From an uncultured Actinomycetota bacterium (GTDB taxonomy: Bacteria > Actinomycetota > Actinomycetes > JAHEKZ01), in assembly GCA_963743915.1 (NCBI GenBank), contig CAVURN010000002.1:544001-608000 (forward strand): a stretch of DNA of 64,000 bases, written 5' to 3'. A model generated the notes under the pieces. The model did no database searches. It was not told the origin of the DNA and saw nothing but the letters and a program-made list of their open reading frames with translations. Positions 61,483 through 64,000 of this stretch are shown here, one piece after another (the stretch's first letter is position 1; each line of letters starts with the position of its first letter). The position numbers and the translations under genes are program-made.

Positions 61483-63325
61483 GCTCGTCCAGACGTTCGG
61501 CCAGGATCAAGCGGGCGGCGGCCTCGATGAGGGCCAGGTGGGAGAAGGCCTGCGGGGTGTTGCCGAGGTGCCGGGCGCTCTCCACCTCGAACTCCTCGGC
61601 GTAGAGCCCGAGGGGCGACCCGATGCGCAGGAGCCGCTGCATCCGGTCGTCCGCCCGCTTCCGCTCGCCGATCATGGCCAGTCCCGAGACCTGCCAGAAC
61701 GAGCAGATCAGGAATGAGCCCTCTTTGCCGTGGAGTCCGTCGTCGGTGACGTCGGTGCGGTAGCGGAGCACGAACCCGTCCTCAGTCAGATCACGGTCGA
61801 TCGCCTCGACGGTGGCTCGGAACCGTTCGTCGTGGCCGGGCAAGAAGCCGAAGAGACCGGCGAGCAACGAGGACGCATCGAGCGCGTCGGTGTCGTAGTG
61901 CTGACGCAGCACTCCGTCACTGCTCACCCCACGAGCGAGGATGTCCGTCTTGATGGCTTCAGCGGTCTCTGCCCAACGGCGCTCGAGGTCGGAGTCACCG
62001 CGGATGGCGGCCAGCTTCGAGGCACGGTCCATCGCCACCCAGCACATGAGCTTCGACGAGACGTAGTGCTGCGGGGCGCCGCGCGCCTCCCAGATCCCCT
62101 GGTCAGGATCGGTCCAGACCTGCGACGCCCGCTCCGCCTGGCTCTGGATCAGCGGCCACAGCCGGCCTGGAAGACGCTGACTGCGCCGAGTATGGAGAAG
62201 CAGCGAGTCGAGGACTGACCCGAACACGTCGTTCTGACGCTGCTGGAAGGCACCGTTGCCCACCCGCACGGGCCGAGCGCCTTCGTACCCGGTGAGCTCG
62301 TCAAGGGTGGTCTCGGTGAGGTCGCGACGACCGTCGATCCCGTACATGATCTGCAGGCCGCCGTCGGGGTTCGGTTGCAGGTCGGCGACAAACTGCATGA
62401 ACTCCTCGGCTTCGCGGTCGAGGTCGAGGAAATGCAGGGCCTGCAGCGTGAACGTGCTGTCACGCATCCACGCGTACCGGTAGTCCCAGTTGCGCTCTCC
62501 GCCTGGAGTCTCGGGGAGCGAGGTGGTCAGGGCGGCAACAGTCGCACCCGTCGGCAGGTAGGTGAGGCCCTTGATGGTCAGCGCAGACCTCTCCACCGCG
62601 TGTCGAAGGTAGTGGTCGGGGATCCGCGCCCGCGCCAGCCAGCGCCGCCAGTACTCGACGGTCGCGTCGATGCGTGCGGCCGCGTCGTCCACATCTGTCG
62701 GAGCGGGGACGTCGGACCACGACAATGCGACGCACGCCCGATCGCCTCTGTCCAGCGTGTGGCGCGATCGCACCGAGTCGCCCTCAGCCCCCAGCACCAT
62801 GGACGAGGTGATCGTCAGCGAGACGCCGGCCACGGTGACCGTTGCCACCTGGCTGTCGTCTTGGACCGCCCACCCACCTCGGTAGCGTCCATAGCCGAAG
62901 GCCGGCTCACACACGACTTCGACCTCTGAGCTGCCCTCGATGCACTCGATCGTGCGAACCAGCATGTGCTCGGCATCCACGTCGTTGGGCGGCCGAGTGT
63001 GCGGGGTGGCGCTGTCGGGACCGCGCCGAGCTCCGAAGGTCAGTGCATCACGGACGACCACCCAACCCGTTGGCGTGTGCCACGTCGTCTCGAGCACATT
63101 TGTCCCCGGGATGTAGACCCGCGACGTGGGAACGTCCATCCCGTCGGGAGACACGCGGAAGGAGCCGGCTCCTCGGTCGAGAAGGCTGCCGAAGACGCTC
63201 GGGGAATCGAACGCCGGCACGCACAGCCAGTCCACCGACCCGTCAGGCGCGACCAGCGCTCCCGTGTGGCAGTTGGACAGGAAGGCGTACTCGGCGATCG
63301 GGGGGAACGGGGAGCGGGACGCCAT
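61472..63325 (-). CDS. Glycoside hydrolase family 15 (trehalase-like)
   Basis: [51 protein letters not shown]. Confidence 0.93.
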   Translation of the reverse strand: MASRSPFPPIAEYAFLSNCHTGALVAPDGSVDWLCVPAFDSPSVFGSLLDRGAGSFRVSPDGMDVPTSRVYIPGTNVLETTWHTPTGWVVVRDALTFGARRGPDSATPHTRPPNDVDAEHMLVRTIECIEGSSEVEVVCEPAFGYGRYRGGWAVQDDSQVATVTVAGVSLTITSSMVLGAEGDSVRSRHTLDRGDRACVALSWSDVPAPTDVDDAAARIDATVEYWRRWLARARIPDHYLRHAVERSALTIKGLTYLPTGATVAALTTSLPETPGGERNWDYRYAWMRDSTFTLQALHFLDLDREAEEFMQFVADLQPNPDGGLQIMYGIDGRRDLTETTLDELTGYEGARPVRVGNGAFQQRQNDVFGSVLDSLLLHTRRSQRLPGRLWPLIQSQAERASQVWTDPDQGIWEARGAPQHYVSSKLMCWVAMDRASKLAAIRGDSDLERRWAETAEAIKTDILARGVSSDGVLRQHYDTDALDASSLLAGLFGFLPGHDERFRATVEAIDRDLTEDGFVLRYRTDVTDDGLHGKEGSFLICSFWQVSGLAMIGERKRADDRMQRLLRIGSPLGLYAEEFEVESARHLGNTPQAFSHLALIEAAARLILAERLDELNL

Positions 63326-63351
63326 GGGCGTCAATCTAGGGGCAAAGCCAC

Positions 63352-63621
63352 ATGATTGGCGCCGCGTTGGGTAGCACCACAGTCATGGTGGACCACGGCG
63401 AGTACTTCAACCTCGGGCAGGCCGCCACGGGCGACGTCCATGCCACGACGGGGCTCTGGGGACCTGCGTTGTGCGACACGCCGCTGCTCATCGTGGACGA
63501 CAACCGCCGCTACTCCGGGGACGAGCTGCGGTGTCTCGCGGTCTGCCCCGGATGCCGCAGCGCGGCGCTCGTGCGCGCTCGATCGCGCCTTGTGCGGGAA
63601 CGCAGGCGGCAAACGGGCTAG
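63352..63621 (+). CDS. Small hypothetical protein with possible H-C-CxxC zinc site
   Basis: DVHA...ALCD...VCPGC; 89 aa. Confidence 0.45.
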   Translation: MIGAALGSTTVMVDHGEYFNLGQAATGDVHATTGLWGPALCDTPLLIVDDNRRYSGDELRCLAVCPGCRSAALVRARSRLVRERRRQTG

Positions 63622-64000
63622 CCCAGCTGGCCGGGATGGCCGCCCTTGGTGGACAGCTCGTCCAGGGTGTGGGTGCACCGATTGAGCAGCGCAACCGCCT
63701 GCACCATCCCCTGGTCCGCTTGCCTTGCCTCAAGGTGTCGGCGGGTTTGGGGCCTCCCCCAACCACTGGACTCTCCCGTACTCGACCTTGACGGTGCCGC
63801 GTCGAGCAGTGTGGATGACGCATTTCGGAAGGCCCTGGGCTCTCCGGTGAGCACGCGGGACTTCACTGTGAGCAGGGGGATCCCCAGCAGCTCCGCGCGG
63901 ACCCACGCACGGACTTCGAAGTCACCCTGCTCGTCATCCGGCGGCTGTTCGTTTCGACGTCGCCTGCTGCGTCCACCGCGTTCATGTCTGCGGCGCCGAG
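63618..64000 (-). CDS. Hypothetical protein; start uncertain (outside the window or frameshifted)
   Basis: Frame open from the window edge: DEQGDFEVRAWVRAELLGIPLLTVKSRVLTGEP...; stop at 63618. Confidence 0.3.
   Translation of the reverse strand, partial: RRRRHERGGRSRRRRNEQPPDDEQGDFEVRAWVRAELLGIPLLTVKSRVLTGEPRAFRNASSTLLDAAPSRSSTGESSGWGRPQTRRHLEARQADQGMVQAVALLNRCTHTLDELSTKGGHPGQLG

Overview
High-GC Actinomycetota chromosomal segment. The conserved backbone runs gcvT, pepA, lpdA, sucB/dlaT, lipB, lipA, DUF4191, RDD, glnA, then glnE, glnA2, nadE, panB, npdG, map and ppgK. Accessory genes are interspersed: transporters, regulators, tdh-kbl, an otsB-GH15-otsA cluster and a gnd-pgl-zwf-GH15 cluster. 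About a dozen single-base indels break otherwise intact genes, including housekeeping genes, and are most likely sequencing or assembly errors. I recognised no rRNA, tRNA, CRISPR array, integrase or classical transposase. The most notable structures are four. (1) An AbiEi/DUF559-like nuclease gene between map and ppgK, flanked on both sides by copies of a 23-bp GGTGATCG...AGTCAC motif that form hairpins; this is a candidate REP-associated mobile unit. (2) An orphan two-part inverted tandem repeat array at 10.85-11.2 kb. (3) A stand-alone histone H1-like gene preceded by a compositionally odd zone poor in CC/GG. (4) A tiny kinase-fold remnant gene. All calls come from reading the sequence and recalling family motifs; no searches were run.
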